Shown: one piece after another, positions 19,334 to 29,823 of the stretch
Position numbering within the stretch: the first letter of the stretch is position 1
Layout of the letters: each line of letters opens with the position of its first letter
Origin: Thermococcus sp. JdFR-02
GTDB lineage: Archaea > Methanobacteriota_B > Thermococci > Thermococcales > Thermococcaceae
NCBI GenBank assembly: GCA_002009975.1
Contig: MTLP01000042.1
Span: forward strand, 256,001 to 320,000
DNA: 64,000 nucleotides
Direction of reading: 5' to 3'
Position numbers and translations under genes: made by a program
Notes under the pieces: model-generated
Database searches by the model: none
Told to the model about the DNA's origin: nothing
The model's input: only the letters and a program-made list of their open reading frames with translations

Positions 19334-19334
19334 C

Positions 19335-20483
19335 TTACTCACCATAGAAAGCCTTCTTGTAAAGTTCTTTAATCTCCTCAATGCTTGGCTCAACTGGATT
19401 AAAGTTTATCAGAGGGTCGCCATAAGCTTTTTGGCTCATGTCTTCAAGTTTGGCTAAAAACTGATCTTCGCTAACTAAATCACCCAATTTTGGAACTTCA
19501 AGCATTTCATTAAGTTCTTTTACAACTTCAATTAGCTCTTGAGCAGTGTTAAAGCCGAGTTCTCTTGCTATTTCAGCGTATCTTTTTCTTGCATAATCAA
19601 TTTTCATGTTAAACTCCATAATATATGGATTGAGAATTGCATTTAAGAGACCATGCGACGCCATCCAGGCTCCTTTGTGACTCATAGCATGACAGAGTCC
19701 TAAACGAGCATTTAAAAATGCAATTCCAGCCATAGTTGAAGCATAGTGCATCTCTTCCCTTGCTTTTTCCTCGCCGTTAACTGAAAGTGGGAGATATTTA
19801 AAGACACTCTTAATGACTTTAATTGCCAAAGCATCACTAAAAGGAGTTGCAACCGTTGAAACGTAAGCTTCAATGGCATGGACTAAAACATCCAATCCAG
19901 AGTTTCTCGTTACTCCTTTTGGCATTGTCATTGGTAACCTTGGATCTAAAATGGCAAACTCTGGTGCAATTTCAAAAGAAACAAGATTGTATTTAACATC
20001 CCCTTTCTTTAAAACCGAAGCAGCAGAAACCTCGCTCCCAGCGCCGCTTGTTGAAGGAATCGCCACTAATGGTGTCTTAAGCTTTGGAATTGGTTTTGGT
20101 TTTGAAAAGCGATCAAGAAAGGCTATTTCTTCAAATTTGAGATTGGGCGCATCATAAAAAACTTTAACCGCTTTTACAACATCAATAACACTCCCACCAC
20201 CTAATGCTATAAACAAATCAGGATTAAATTCCTTAACCTTTGGCAAAATATTTTCAATATACTCATAGCTCGGTTCCGCTGGAACTCCTAAAATCACTTC
20301 ATTTTCAGCTCCTGAATCTTCAACATAATTCATGACTTCATTTAAGAAACCATGGATTCTCATTGATTTGCTTGAAAAGATTAGAACTCTGCTATAGTTC
20401 TTTGCAACACTCTTAACATAACTTAAACTCCCTTCTCCAATAACAATTCTTGTTTTTAAGCTAAAGAATCTCATGAGCATCAC
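19335..20483 (-). CDS. Iron-containing alcohol dehydrogenase
   Basis: GGGSVID, IPSTSGAGSE, GLDVLVHAIE, LGLCHAMSH...HG. Confidence 0.92.
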   Translation of the reverse strand: MMLMRFFSLKTRIVIGEGSLSYVKSVAKNYSRVLIFSSKSMRIHGFLNEVMNYVEDSGAENEVILGVPAEPSYEYIENILPKVKEFNPDLFIALGGGSVIDVVKAVKVFYDAPNLKFEEIAFLDRFSKPKPIPKLKTPLVAIPSTSGAGSEVSAASVLKKGDVKYNLVSFEIAPEFAILDPRLPMTMPKGVTRNSGLDVLVHAIEAYVSTVATPFSDALAIKVIKSVFKYLPLSVNGEEKAREEMHYASTMAGIAFLNARLGLCHAMSHKGAWMASHGLLNAILNPYIMEFNMKIDYARKRYAEIARELGFNTAQELIEVVKELNEMLEVPKLGDLVSEDQFLAKLEDMSQKAYGDPLINFNPVEPSIEEIKELYKKAFYGE

Positions 20484-20589
20484 CAGAATGAATAAGGAGA
20501 ACCAAGTTAAAAAGATTAGTCACTTGAAGTTTTGCCTAGTAAAATTTATAAATATTATAGGTCTTTAATATTTTATATTCATGAAATAA

Positions 20590-21417
20590 TTGCTGGTGAT
20601 TAAAATGCCCAACATAGGCGTTAACTCATGCATAGTCAGGGAGATAACAGGAAGAGGATTAAGCTTAGATGAGCTTAGAATTGATTTAATTGAGGTTGGC
20701 TTTGATGATTTGCCTCTAGTCACTGAAAAAGGGATTAATATGGATAGTGTTGAGCTTCTTAGGACGCTCGATGTTGGATATACTCTTCATGCCCCAACTT
20801 CAGATGCAAGAACTGTAAGAGTTAATTTGGGAGTTAAGAGCGAGAAAAACATTAAAATCATGGGAAATGTTCTTAAAATTGCCTCATTACTAGATGCCGA
20901 ATATGTTGTTGTTCATGGTGGGGATGTTAATGGTTCGTACCATAAAGCTTTTTTGAACACAATAGAACAGCTTAAAGTTATAGCCAAGATGGCTAAAGAT
21001 TATTCCATAAAATTAACCATTGAAAACCTTTGTGATAAGAGAATAGGTGCTTTGCCCTATGAGCTTTTTCCCTTTTTAAACTTAGGATTAGGTTTAACAT
21101 TTGATACCGCCCATGCCTTTTTAATATCTAAAAAATATGGCATTCCCTATGAGGAATACTTTAAACTTATGAGTTATGCAGATCATATTCACTTACACGA
21201 TAACAACGGAGTTGTAGATGAACACAGAGCTTTGGGAGAGGGAATTATAAATCTAGACCATGTCATGAATGGTCTGAGAAATATAAACCCGAAGAACATA
21301 ATTCTTGAGATAATAAATTACAGCAAGCCTGAGAATATTATTAGAAGTATTGAGATTGTAAGATTTCAGAGATTCCCCTATATAAATAGAGCGGAAAAGG
21401 TAAGAGCAAGGGCTTAA
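20590..21417 (+). CDS. Sugar phosphate isomerase/epimerase (AP-endonuclease-2 TIM barrel) family
   Basis: TLHAP, VVVHGG, IENL, FDTAHA, HIHLHDN..DEH..LGEG. Confidence 0.8.
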   Translation: MLVIKMPNIGVNSCIVREITGRGLSLDELRIDLIEVGFDDLPLVTEKGINMDSVELLRTLDVGYTLHAPTSDARTVRVNLGVKSEKNIKIMGNVLKIASLLDAEYVVVHGGDVNGSYHKAFLNTIEQLKVIAKMAKDYSIKLTIENLCDKRIGALPYELFPFLNLGLGLTFDTAHAFLISKKYGIPYEEYFKLMSYADHIHLHDNNGVVDEHRALGEGIINLDHVMNGLRNINPKNIILEIINYSKPENIIRSIEIVRFQRFPYINRAEKVRARA

Positions 21418-22481
21418 AGCCCAAACAACCTCCTTAGATTCCTTTCAAACGGTGGATAAACAACACCCTTTTCTGTTATTATTCCTGTTAAATATTTGTG
21501 CGGTGTAATATCAAAAGCTGGATTATAAACATCCACATCTGGTGCTATTTTGCAACCTCCACAACCCAAAACCTCTTCTTTTGCTCTCTCTTCTATTGGT
21601 ATTTCCTTTCCACTTTTTAAGCTTAAGTCAATAGTCGATGTTGGGGCAACCACAAAGAAAGGTATCTTGTGCTCTTTAGCCAAAATCGCTAAGGAATAAG
21701 TCCCTATCTTATTTGCAAAGTCCCCATTGGCAACTATCCTATCAGCACCAACGATTACATAATCAACTAAACCTTGCTGCATAACGAAGCCTGCCATATT
21801 ATCGCAAATGAGCTTTAAAGGAATTCCATCATAAGAATACTCCCAAGCCGAAAGGCGAGCACCTTGTAAGACAGGTCTAGTTTCATCGACCCATAAAAGC
21901 TTGAGCTTCTCTTCTTTATGCATTACTCTAAGAACAGCACCAACTGTGCCAAGATGCACCGTTGCTAGACTTCCAGCGTTGCAGTGAGTTAAAACACTTC
22001 CTTTGTCAAGAATCTCACTCCCAACATGCCCCATTTTTAAGTTAGCTTCAACATCTTCATTCGCTATTTTTTGAGCTTCATTAATTATTAACTGCTTTAT
22101 AGTTTCTAGGCTCTCTTCACCGTGCTCCTCTACAAGCTTTTTGATCCTATTCAAAGCCCAAAACAAATTAACAGCTGTTGGTCTTGTGGATTTTAAAGCT
22201 TCATAAGCTCTCTCAAATTCACTTAAAAACTCTCCCTTTGTTTTTGCCTTGCTTTTGTGGGCAAGTAGAGCTAAACCAAAAGCCGCTGTTGCCCCAATAG
22301 CTGGAGCACCTCTAACTTGCATTGTTTTTATTGCTCTGGCAACCTCTTCAACTGTGTTTAGTGAAATGACTTTGAATTCTTTTGGCAGAAGAGTTTGGTC
22401 AATTATGAAAACTCTCCCATCCTTAAATTCAACGCTCCTTGGGAGCTTTGTAAGTTCTTCAGGCTTATACCTCAATTCCAT
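21414..22481 (-). CDS. mtnA: S-methyl-5-thioribose-1-phosphate isomerase (eIF2B-like)
   Basis: MQVRGAPAIG, STRPTAVNL, LTHCNAGSLAT, ETRPVLQGARL, GADRI..NGDFANKIGTY, NPAFDITP. Confidence 0.9.
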   Translation of the reverse strand: MELRYKPEELTKLPRSVEFKDGRVFIIDQTLLPKEFKVISLNTVEEVARAIKTMQVRGAPAIGATAAFGLALLAHKSKAKTKGEFLSEFERAYEALKSTRPTAVNLFWALNRIKKLVEEHGEESLETIKQLIINEAQKIANEDVEANLKMGHVGSEILDKGSVLTHCNAGSLATVHLGTVGAVLRVMHKEEKLKLLWVDETRPVLQGARLSAWEYSYDGIPLKLICDNMAGFVMQQGLVDYVIVGADRIVANGDFANKIGTYSLAILAKEHKIPFFVVAPTSTIDLSLKSGKEIPIEERAKEEVLGCGGCKIAPDVDVYNPAFDITPHKYLTGIITEKGVVYPPFERNLRRLFGL

Positions 22482-22550
22482 ATCCCTACCTCCAACTATT
22501 CTTTGCGTTAAGGGTTTAAAAGAATAAGCAAAAATTAGGATGGTGGTTTC

Positions 22551-23060
22551 ATGAAGATCTTTGTAAGCGGAATGCCTGGAGTGGGAAAGACAACTTTAAT
22601 TTTGAAGGTTAGTGAAGCCTTAAAATCCCGAGAATGGAGAATTGGAGGAATAATAACTCAAGAGGTACGGGAAAGAGGGAAGAGAGTTGGCTTTAAAATT
22701 ATAGCCCTCGACACTAGGGAGGAAGGAATCTTAGCTTGGGAAGGCTTTAACGGACCAAAAGTTGGTAAATATGGGGTTAATTTGAGAGATTTGGAAGAAA
22801 TTGGGGTTAAAGCTGTTGAAAGAGCAATAGATGATGCTGATTTAATTATAATTGATGAGATTGGAGCAATGGAGCTAAAAAGCAGAAAGTTTGGAGAAGT
22901 CGTTGAAAAAGCTCTAAAAAGTGATAAGCATTTATTGGCTGCTGTTCACAGGAGATTAACCCAAAAATATTCAAAATATGGAATGCTTTACATTTTAACC
23001 CGCGAAAATCGGGAGAGAGTTTTAAGCGAAATTCTGGAGTTCTTTAATAAACCAACATAA
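22551..23060 (+). CDS. Nucleoside-triphosphatase THEP1 (NTPase_1)
   Basis: GMPGVGKTT, EVRERGKRVGF, VGKYGV, IIDEIGAMEL. Confidence 0.9.
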   Translation: MKIFVSGMPGVGKTTLILKVSEALKSREWRIGGIITQEVRERGKRVGFKIIALDTREEGILAWEGFNGPKVGKYGVNLRDLEEIGVKAVERAIDDADLIIIDEIGAMELKSRKFGEVVEKALKSDKHLLAAVHRRLTQKYSKYGMLYILTRENRERVLSEILEFFNKPT

Positions 23061-23092
23061 TTATGGTATTAAATAATTACGTAATTAAACAA

Positions 23093-23839
23093 TTATTCAA
23101 GAGCTGCCAGGAGGATAGGCTTTCCATCAATAGTGGAGATTTTTGCCTTAACTCCATAAACCCTTTCCAGTATATCTTCTTTTAACTCAAACACTTCCCC
23201 ACTCCATTCAATTGAGCCGTTATGTAAAAGCATTAGCTTATCTGAATACTGCAAAGCTAAATTTAGGTCATGCATAACCGCTACGATGATCTTTTCATCT
23301 TTAAGCCTTGTTAAAAGCTCCATAATTTGCAAGGCATGGTTTACATCTAGGTGAGAAGTAGGCTCGTCTAAAAGTATTATTTCACTTCCTTGGGCTAATG
23401 CCCTAGCTATTAAAACAAGCTGATATTCTCCGCCACTTAGGTTTGTTATAAACTCCCTCCTTCTCTCCCACATCCCTACGAGCTTTAAGGCTTTTTTGAC
23501 ATCTCCACCAGTTGCATAGGTTCCAAGTTCCACAAACTCTTCAATTGTAAAGGCAAATTCTGGAAGGGAATTTTGAGGAACATATGTAATGTATTTAGCT
23601 CTCTCCTTTGCTGGAAGCTTTGTTAGATCAAGTCCGTTATATCTCACGTAGCCTTTTCCTTTTAAAATTCCCACCATGCATTTTAGAAGAGTTGATTTAC
23701 CAGCTCCATTTGGACCAATAATAGCTAAAAGCTCTCTTTTTTGAGCGAAAAAGCTAACATTTTTTAAAACCTCTCTCTCGCCATAGGAAAACCTAAGGTT
23801 AACTTCAAGTTGTTTTTCCTGCTTAGGCATAAAGTTCAC
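23093..23839 (-). CDS. ABC ATP-binding protein (BtuD/FecE type)
   Basis: GPNGAGKST, LSGGE, LLDEPTSHLD, HDLNLA. Confidence 0.9.
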   Translation of the reverse strand: MNFMPKQEKQLEVNLRFSYGEREVLKNVSFFAQKRELLAIIGPNGAGKSTLLKCMVGILKGKGYVRYNGLDLTKLPAKERAKYITYVPQNSLPEFAFTIEEFVELGTYATGGDVKKALKLVGMWERRREFITNLSGGEYQLVLIARALAQGSEIILLDEPTSHLDVNHALQIMELLTRLKDEKIIVAVMHDLNLALQYSDKLMLLHNGSIEWSGEVFELKEDILERVYGVKAKISTIDGKPILLAALE

Positions 23840-24848
23840 CCCTCTTTCTCTTCATTAAAAGATAAATGAAGAATGGAGCCCCAAATAAAGCTGTTATAAT
23901 TCCAACTGGGATTTCTGAAGGCTTTAACAAGATTCTTGCTAATAAATCTGCAAAGACCATTAAAGAACCTCCAAATAAAGCCGATGCAGGCAAAAGCTTC
24001 CTGTGATTAGGTCCAAAAATTAAACGCATTGCATGGGGACTTATAAGACCAACAAAGCCAATAATTCCAGAAGTTGAGACTGCAAAAGCCGTTAAAAGTG
24101 AAACAACGAAAATTATTGCCTTTCTGTAAAAGCTTAAATCCAGACCTAAAGCTATTGCTTCCTCACCGAAGAGAAGTAAGTTAAGCTCTCTCCACTTATA
24201 CATTAAAAATGAAAATCCTAAAAGGGATGAGAATAGCACGAGCTTAGCATCGCTCCAAGTCGCACCATTGAATGTTCCCATTAACCAAAAGATAGCATTA
24301 TGAATTCTCTCTTTTCCGACATACAAAAGATAAGACGTCAAAGCATGGGCAAAAAAGCCAAAAGCAATTCCCGCTAAAAGCAATGTGTCAACTGGAATAT
24401 GTCCATCAACTTTTGATATGTTGTAAACTAGAAAAACTGAAAGCAGAGCAAAGAGAAGGGCAAAAATACTCATATACCTTGGAAAGAACAGAGCGGCTAT
24501 TGAAGCTCCAACTGCAGCTCCTCCAGAGATTCCCAAAATATAAGGATCACCCAAGGGGTTTTTAAATAAGGCTTGAGTTGCAACACCCGCAGAGGCTAAG
24601 CTCAAACCAACTAAATAAGCAAGGATTACTCTTGGTAGTCTAATCTCCCAGATTATTGTAAAGTACGTTGTGTCTAGTTCTTTTAAAGGTTCAACTCCAA
24701 AAACAAAAAGCAATTTAGAGATCTCCATTTTTACTCCATAAATAATGCTTTTCAGAATTAAAGAAAAGGATATACTAACTGAACCAAAGGCTATCCCTAA
24801 GAACATCAGCAACACTGAGGCGATTATAAGGATTATCACTTTTTTCAT
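23823..24848 (-). CDS. FecCD/BtuC-family permease
   Basis: IRLPRV, QALFKNPL, LGISGGA, GIIGFVGLISPH, EIPVGI. Confidence 0.9.
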   Translation of the reverse strand: MKKVIILIIASVLLMFLGIAFGSVSISFSLILKSIIYGVKMEISKLLFVFGVEPLKELDTTYFTIIWEIRLPRVILAYLVGLSLASAGVATQALFKNPLGDPYILGISGGAAVGASIAALFFPRYMSIFALLFALLSVFLVYNISKVDGHIPVDTLLLAGIAFGFFAHALTSYLLYVGKERIHNAIFWLMGTFNGATWSDAKLVLFSSLLGFSFLMYKWRELNLLLFGEEAIALGLDLSFYRKAIIFVVSLLTAFAVSTSGIIGFVGLISPHAMRLIFGPNHRKLLPASALFGGSLMVFADLLARILLKPSEIPVGIITALFGAPFFIYLLMKRKRGELYA

Positions 24849-24927
24849 AGTATTCCCCTTTGGATTTTTTGTCCAATTAAAAATCGTTATGTTGACTTAA
24901 AAATCTAACCCAAAAGAAACCCTATAA

Positions 24928-27006
24928 ATGATGAGAGAATATAAAGACTTGGTGGGTAAGATGAAAAAAAGATACATAATAACCATTTTAATCATTTTGC
25001 TTACACTTAGCACTACCATTAGTCCCGTAAGTTCCCAAGCTTTTGTTAAAAATCCAAAACCTCCCCTTATAATAGTGGGCAATCCATACCCAAAATACCT
25101 CTCACTATCACCAAACGAGACTTACACAGTTTACCTATATGTAGCCGATGATGTGGAAATTAGGGAGACAAAGCTTTACTACAAGGTCAACGATGGGGAA
25201 TGGAAGTCTATTTACGCAGTTAGAGCAACTATTAATGAAAACGAAGAAATGTATGAGTCAATAGTCAGCAAATTCACAACCAAAGAATTCAAGTTCACAA
25301 CATTTTATGGAAAGGCTACAATTCCCTCTCAAAAACCGGGTTCAAGGGTTTACTTTAAAGTTGTTGCCCAGGATGCTGAAGGGCACATAGTAGAGAGTCA
25401 AATTGGAACTTACATAGTTTCTAACCCTGAAGGAAAAAGAGTAATGGTAGTTGATCCCTCAGTCAAATACAGAGCTTTTTTAGAAAATATGCGTTTTATA
25501 AAAGAGATGATAAATTACACGAAAGAGAAATACTTCTATGACATGAGTGAATACCAGAAAACAGTTGAATTTTTAGAACCTTTTGAAAACTCCAGCCAAA
25601 GTTTTCTAAGAGAACACCATTGGGAGCTTTTAGCTAAAGATTATAATATCATAATCGTTTCCCCAGAAGAAGTCGCGAATGCACTTAAAGAGTTTAAGCC
25701 AGAGGTAATTATCTTGTCAAATCTATGGATAAAGGAGTGGGAGCTTTCAAAGGAGGAACTTAACAGCCTAATTAAATATCTAAGAGACAACAACTGCGGA
25801 CTAATTGTTACCCATGGGACTCTATATGATGGGATTTCCTGGAAAGAAGGGATTAATTATTTAGGATCAACTCTCCACATAGGTGGGATAGAGGCTTATA
25901 ACGATGAAAGCATTGCAACTTTACTTGGATTTGAACTTTTGCCAATATTAGAAGGGGCTAAACTAAAGTACGCTGAAAATAAGCCTCACTTGGCAGAAAT
26001 TCCAACTCTTTTGCCCTTCCTTCCATCAAAAAGCAAGTTAAATATTAGAAATAAGGGAATAATATCAAGCATAGGCTTATTAAGCTTTGAGGGCGAAATT
26101 AATGCGGCTTTTGGATGGCAATATCTGCTCCCAGCAGAAAGCTTGCCCTTTGCAAAGAGCAAAGTTAGGGAACTAAAAAAGAGCGTCAAAGTAAGAGTAA
26201 AGGAGTTCTCAGAACTTCAAGAGAAAGTTTTTGGAGTTTCTTTATATACAAGAAACATTTATGCCCTCGACTTTCCTTTTGTTGATGCAATTTTGAATAT
26301 TCAAATCAAAGACACTCAAGTTGAAATACCTGTAGGTACTGATGTCCTAATCTTAGAGCCTCCTCAAGAGATCATTGAGAGGGTCAGGCTCTTAAAGGCG
26401 ATAAACAGGGATCTAATTGATATAAGTGCCCTTTCAAGCGATTACCTGTTAACCATCATAACCAGAGATGAGAGGCATAGAAAAGATGGAATTAGGAGTG
26501 TATACATTTCCTTTGAGATAGAAGCCGGAGGAAAAGAGAGTTTTGGTGTTTTGAAAGATCTGATAGCATGGGCTTCAGATTTTAAGCAAATCCAATATTT
26601 AGTTCAAGAGCCACAAGTTGTTCTGTTAGCTAACGACATAGATTGGGAAATCAAAGGAAAAGAACTTTTTGAACAGTTTAAGTCCATAGGGGCAAATATT
26701 AAGAGAGTTAAGCCATCAGAATTTGAGATTTACAAAAACTCAAGAGTCGTGGTGATTTTAGGAGGACCAAAGGCTTATGATGGTATCGGAGACTATGTGA
26801 AACAAGCATTAAACGAAGAAGAACAGCTAAAAATAATCAGAGGGGAGGAAGGGATATTTATAAAGAGGGATGTTTGGAATAAGAAACAAGTTGTGATAAT
26901 AATTGCGGGAAGAGATAGGAATCAAACTGGGGCAAAGGTATTGCTTTATCAAAAAGGCATAAATGAAAAGTACATAGACCTTTTGGCAGAGTTCAGTTTA
27001 AAGTGA
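24928..27006 (+). CDS. Secreted/cell-surface protein of unknown function
   Basis: Signal peptide (MKKRYIITILIILLTL.., likely start 24961), Ig-like N-terminal region, and a C-terminal ANDIDW...VILGGPKAY...AGRDR surface-protein-like domain. Confidence 0.7.
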   Translation: MMREYKDLVGKMKKRYIITILIILLTLSTTISPVSSQAFVKNPKPPLIIVGNPYPKYLSLSPNETYTVYLYVADDVEIRETKLYYKVNDGEWKSIYAVRATINENEEMYESIVSKFTTKEFKFTTFYGKATIPSQKPGSRVYFKVVAQDAEGHIVESQIGTYIVSNPEGKRVMVVDPSVKYRAFLENMRFIKEMINYTKEKYFYDMSEYQKTVEFLEPFENSSQSFLREHHWELLAKDYNIIIVSPEEVANALKEFKPEVIILSNLWIKEWELSKEELNSLIKYLRDNNCGLIVTHGTLYDGISWKEGINYLGSTLHIGGIEAYNDESIATLLGFELLPILEGAKLKYAENKPHLAEIPTLLPFLPSKSKLNIRNKGIISSIGLLSFEGEINAAFGWQYLLPAESLPFAKSKVRELKKSVKVRVKEFSELQEKVFGVSLYTRNIYALDFPFVDAILNIQIKDTQVEIPVGTDVLILEPPQEIIERVRLLKAINRDLIDISALSSDYLLTIITRDERHRKDGIRSVYISFEIEAGGKESFGVLKDLIAWASDFKQIQYLVQEPQVVLLANDIDWEIKGKELFEQFKSIGANIKRVKPSEFEIYKNSRVVVILGGPKAYDGIGDYVKQALNEEEQLKIIRGEEGIFIKRDVWNKKQVVIIIAGRDRNQTGAKVLLYQKGINEKYIDLLAEFSLK

Positions 27007-27160
27007 CGTCCTATTTGAATTTTTTCTACATTTTTAATTAAAAACTTTGGATAAAGCCCGTCAAAGTCGTATATTTGCTCAAAAACATGGATAAGTCTCA
27101 ATCAGATGCATACAAGCGAAAAGTTTTTAAATCATCATCAATGTTATGAGATACGGAACT

Positions 27161-27238
27161 GCCCCGGTGGTGTAGCCCGGTCAAACATGCGGGCCTTTCG
27201 AGCCCGCGCCCCGGGTTCAAATCCCGGCCGGGGCACCA
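27161..27238 (+). tRNA. tRNA-Glu(TTC)
   Basis: Acceptor stem GCCCCGG/CCGGGGC, anticodon arm CGGGC-CT TTC GA-GCCCG, T loop GGTTCAAATCC, encoded CCA, no intron. Confidence 0.97.
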
Positions 27239-27318
27239 AAATTTCTAAAGCGCTGTTCTGTAAGTAAATTAAAAATCAAAAAGCAAACCTTTTAAATTTC
27301 TTCACTTACCTTCTTTCG

Positions 27319-28317
27319 ATGCTTATGCTTGGTGTTAGAGTTCCTCTCAAAGAAGGCGAAAAAGTTAGAAGAAGACTTTTAGAGCTTGGAATTTTGAATA
27401 AAGAATATAAAATTAAGAGAGAAGGAGAATTCTTGATCTTCCCAATAACAAAGTCTATTGAAGGCTTTGAGATAGTTGAGACTAATTTTGAGAAAGCCCA
27501 AAAAAGACCTTTTAGTTATAGAGAGATTGTTAACGTGCCTGAGAAGTTAAAACCCCTCTTACCTTCCTCCTTCGATATCATAGGTGATATTGTCATTATC
27601 GAACTTCCAGAAGAGCTGATTCCATATGGAAAAAATATTGGTGAAGCAATTTTAAAAGTTCATAAGCATATAAAAGCTGTTTTCATGAAAGGGAGCAAAA
27701 TTAGTGGAGCATATAGGGTTAGAGAGCTAATTCATTTAGCTGGCAAAAAAAGAACAGAAACGATTCATAAGGAAAATGGCATAAGGTTAAAGCTTGACGT
27801 TAGCAAGGTTTATTTCTCCCCAAGATTAGCGACTGAGAGAATGAGGATCTTCAAAAAAGCTAAGAAAGGGGAGATAGTCTTTGACATGTTTGCTGGAATT
27901 GGTCCCTATGCAATCCTTTTAGCTAAAAAAGTAAAATTGGTTTTTGCTTGTGACATAAATCCTTGGGCAATCAAATATTTGAAGAAAAACAAGAACCTCA
28001 ATAAAGTCAATAATGTAATCCCAATTTTGGGTGATGTTAGAGAAGTTGCAGGACAAATAAGAGCTGATAGGGTAATAATGAACTTACCCAAATTTGCCCA
28101 TGAATTCTTAAAAGAAGCTATTTTAAGTGTAAAGAGCGATGGAATTATCCATTATTATGGATTCTCTCATGAGGATAACCTTTTTGGAGAGCATGAAGAG
28201 AAAATTAAAACCATCGCAGAGAAGCTTGGTAGAAGAGTCGAATTTTTAGAAAGAAGGGTTGTAAGACCCTATGCACCATATCAATACAACATCGCTATAG
28301 ACTTCAAAGTTCTTTAA
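27319..28317 (+). CDS. trm5b: tRNA (guanine37-N1)-methyltransferase Trm5b
   Basis: SFDIIGDI, HKENG, VYFSPRLATER, DMFAGIGP, DINP, MNLPK. Confidence 0.88.
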   Translation: MLMLGVRVPLKEGEKVRRRLLELGILNKEYKIKREGEFLIFPITKSIEGFEIVETNFEKAQKRPFSYREIVNVPEKLKPLLPSSFDIIGDIVIIELPEELIPYGKNIGEAILKVHKHIKAVFMKGSKISGAYRVRELIHLAGKKRTETIHKENGIRLKLDVSKVYFSPRLATERMRIFKKAKKGEIVFDMFAGIGPYAILLAKKVKLVFACDINPWAIKYLKKNKNLNKVNNVIPILGDVREVAGQIRADRVIMNLPKFAHEFLKEAILSVKSDGIIHYYGFSHEDNLFGEHEEKIKTIAEKLGRRVEFLERRVVRPYAPYQYNIAIDFKVL

Positions 28318-28319
28318 TT

Positions 28320-28793
28320 TCACGGTTTCTTTAGTTTGGGCTTTAAATTTGGTTCAAGAGAGATTGCATTGTTTATTTTTGAGAAATCTACCTTGCTTAT
28401 TGCATCCATAGGAGCTGGAATTCCCTTATCTTTCTCTTTTTCCACAACCCAACTAATTTTATCTCCAATTTCAACATTTAAATGCTTTACAACACCTTCT
28501 GGAGTCTCCACAATATATTTAGCGCTATCTTTTGGTATGTAAAGGCGCCAAGGCTTCAAGTTTTCAACAAAGTCCACAACGTTTCTGTTTGTATCCAAAA
28601 AAATTACATCTATGCTTTGGAGCATGAGAAACATGTGAACCGATGCCCCTAGTTGAGTCTCATATGGAAGAACAAATACTAAAGCGTAATCTATCTTGGA
28701 TTTAAGCATCAAACCCCTAAAGCGCTTAAAGAAATTATCAGCTAATTTAACCCGTCCATGCCAGACTTTGTTTTTTGTCTCATTGATGAGCAT
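28320..28793 (-). CDS. DUF192 family protein
   Basis: ADNFFKRFRGLM, VHMFLM..IDVIFLD, LKPWR, YIVE. Confidence 0.85.
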   Translation of the reverse strand: MLINETKNKVWHGRVKLADNFFKRFRGLMLKSKIDYALVFVLPYETQLGASVHMFLMLQSIDVIFLDTNRNVVDFVENLKPWRLYIPKDSAKYIVETPEGVVKHLNVEIGDKISWVVEKEKDKGIPAPMDAISKVDFSKINNAISLEPNLKPKLKKP

Positions 28794-28865
28794 GTGTATT
28801 TTTACCTTCTTCAGGTTGATAAGAATTGTGCCTAAAACTTTTTAAAGGACTAAAATACACTCGCT

Positions 28866-28928
28866 AAGGGCGATGGCGTCCGCCCGGGCTTCGAGCCCGA
28901 ACCGCCCGTAAGGGCTGATGACGCCTAT
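28866..28928 (+). ncRNA. Fluoride riboswitch (crcB motif)
   Basis: GGGCGATGGCGTCCGCCC...AACCGCCC GTAA GGGCTGATGACGCCTA fits the consensus, with pseudoknot GGCGTC/GACGCC. crcB lies downstream in the same operon. Confidence 0.95.
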
Positions 28929-28953
28929 TCTACAACTCCTTGGAGGCGGTAGA

Positions 28954-29802
28954 ATGGGCTCGGAGCTTGAATTAGGTAAATACATTAATGTCAACTTAGT
29001 TTTAAAATACCTTGAAGAGAGGAGAAATGAAGATGGTGGTTACTGCTTTGTTTCCCTCTTAGATGAGACAAACATAAACGACACCTACTATGCAGTGAAA
29101 ATCTATGACCTGCTTGGATTAGAAGTTCCAGAAAAAGAAAAGACAATTGAGTTCCTTTATGAGTCAACACAGTCGTATAGAGCTACAGTTGCTTTAGCAA
29201 TGGGAATTGAAGCACTGACAATTTTAGGTGCAAAGGATTTAGCAAGGGGCAAGGTAGAGTTCGTTTTTAACAAATACAATCCTCTAAAAGATCAGTTTGC
29301 TGTGGGACTGGGTGGCAGTGAAGAATTTGGAACAGCAACTCCTCTAGAGGCAACATATTGGGTTTTAAAGGCTTTAAAAGCGATTAATTACAAGCTTGAA
29401 AATGATGTTAAAGAAAAAATCAGAGAATTTATTGAGAACTTTAGAAAGGGAGAAGGGTATGGAACCACACAAGCAACGACGACCATGACATATCAAGCAT
29501 TGTTTTCGTTAAATTTCTTAGGCTACAACACCTCAACAAGATTTTTCAAGAAATGTGAAGTTTATGGGGGATTTACAGAAGTTCCTCTTTCTTTGCCACC
29601 CTACCTAGAGCCTACCTTCTATGCAATTAGAGGGCTAAAGATGGTTAAAGACAAGCCAAAATATATTAAAGCACATATAAACTTCATTAAGGCACTTCAG
29701 AATTCAAATGGTGGCTTTAGACGCTCCTCAGAACTGGGAATATCAAACTTCCAGAATACCTACAGGGCATTAAAATCCCTAGCTGAGCTTTTAACCTTCT
29801 AA
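28954..29802 (+). CDS. Prenyltransferase/squalene-oxidase-repeat (alpha/alpha toroid) protein
   Basis: Repeated (N)xDGG(Y/F)...TY(Y/W)A motifs. True start is ATG 28954 after GGAGGCGG, because the track start lies inside the riboswitch. Confidence 0.78.
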   Translation: MGSELELGKYINVNLVLKYLEERRNEDGGYCFVSLLDETNINDTYYAVKIYDLLGLEVPEKEKTIEFLYESTQSYRATVALAMGIEALTILGAKDLARGKVEFVFNKYNPLKDQFAVGLGGSEEFGTATPLEATYWVLKALKAINYKLENDVKEKIREFIENFRKGEGYGTTQATTTMTYQALFSLNFLGYNTSTRFFKKCEVYGGFTEVPLSLPPYLEPTFYAIRGLKMVKDKPKYIKAHINFIKALQNSNGGFRRSSELGISNFQNTYRALKSLAELLTF

Positions 29803-29823
29803 TTTAATTTTTGAGGGTTAAAA

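Noticed and set aside
21414-22481. Ribose-1,5-bisphosphate isomerase partnering RuBisCO
   Set aside because: HCNAGSLAT and ETRPVLQGARL motifs fit MtnA rather than R15P isomerase, and the gene is 40 kb from rbcL.
27161-27320. tRNA-Glu as integration site of a virus or plasmid
   Set aside because: No integrase and no duplicated tRNA 3' end were seen; the flanks are ordinary genes.
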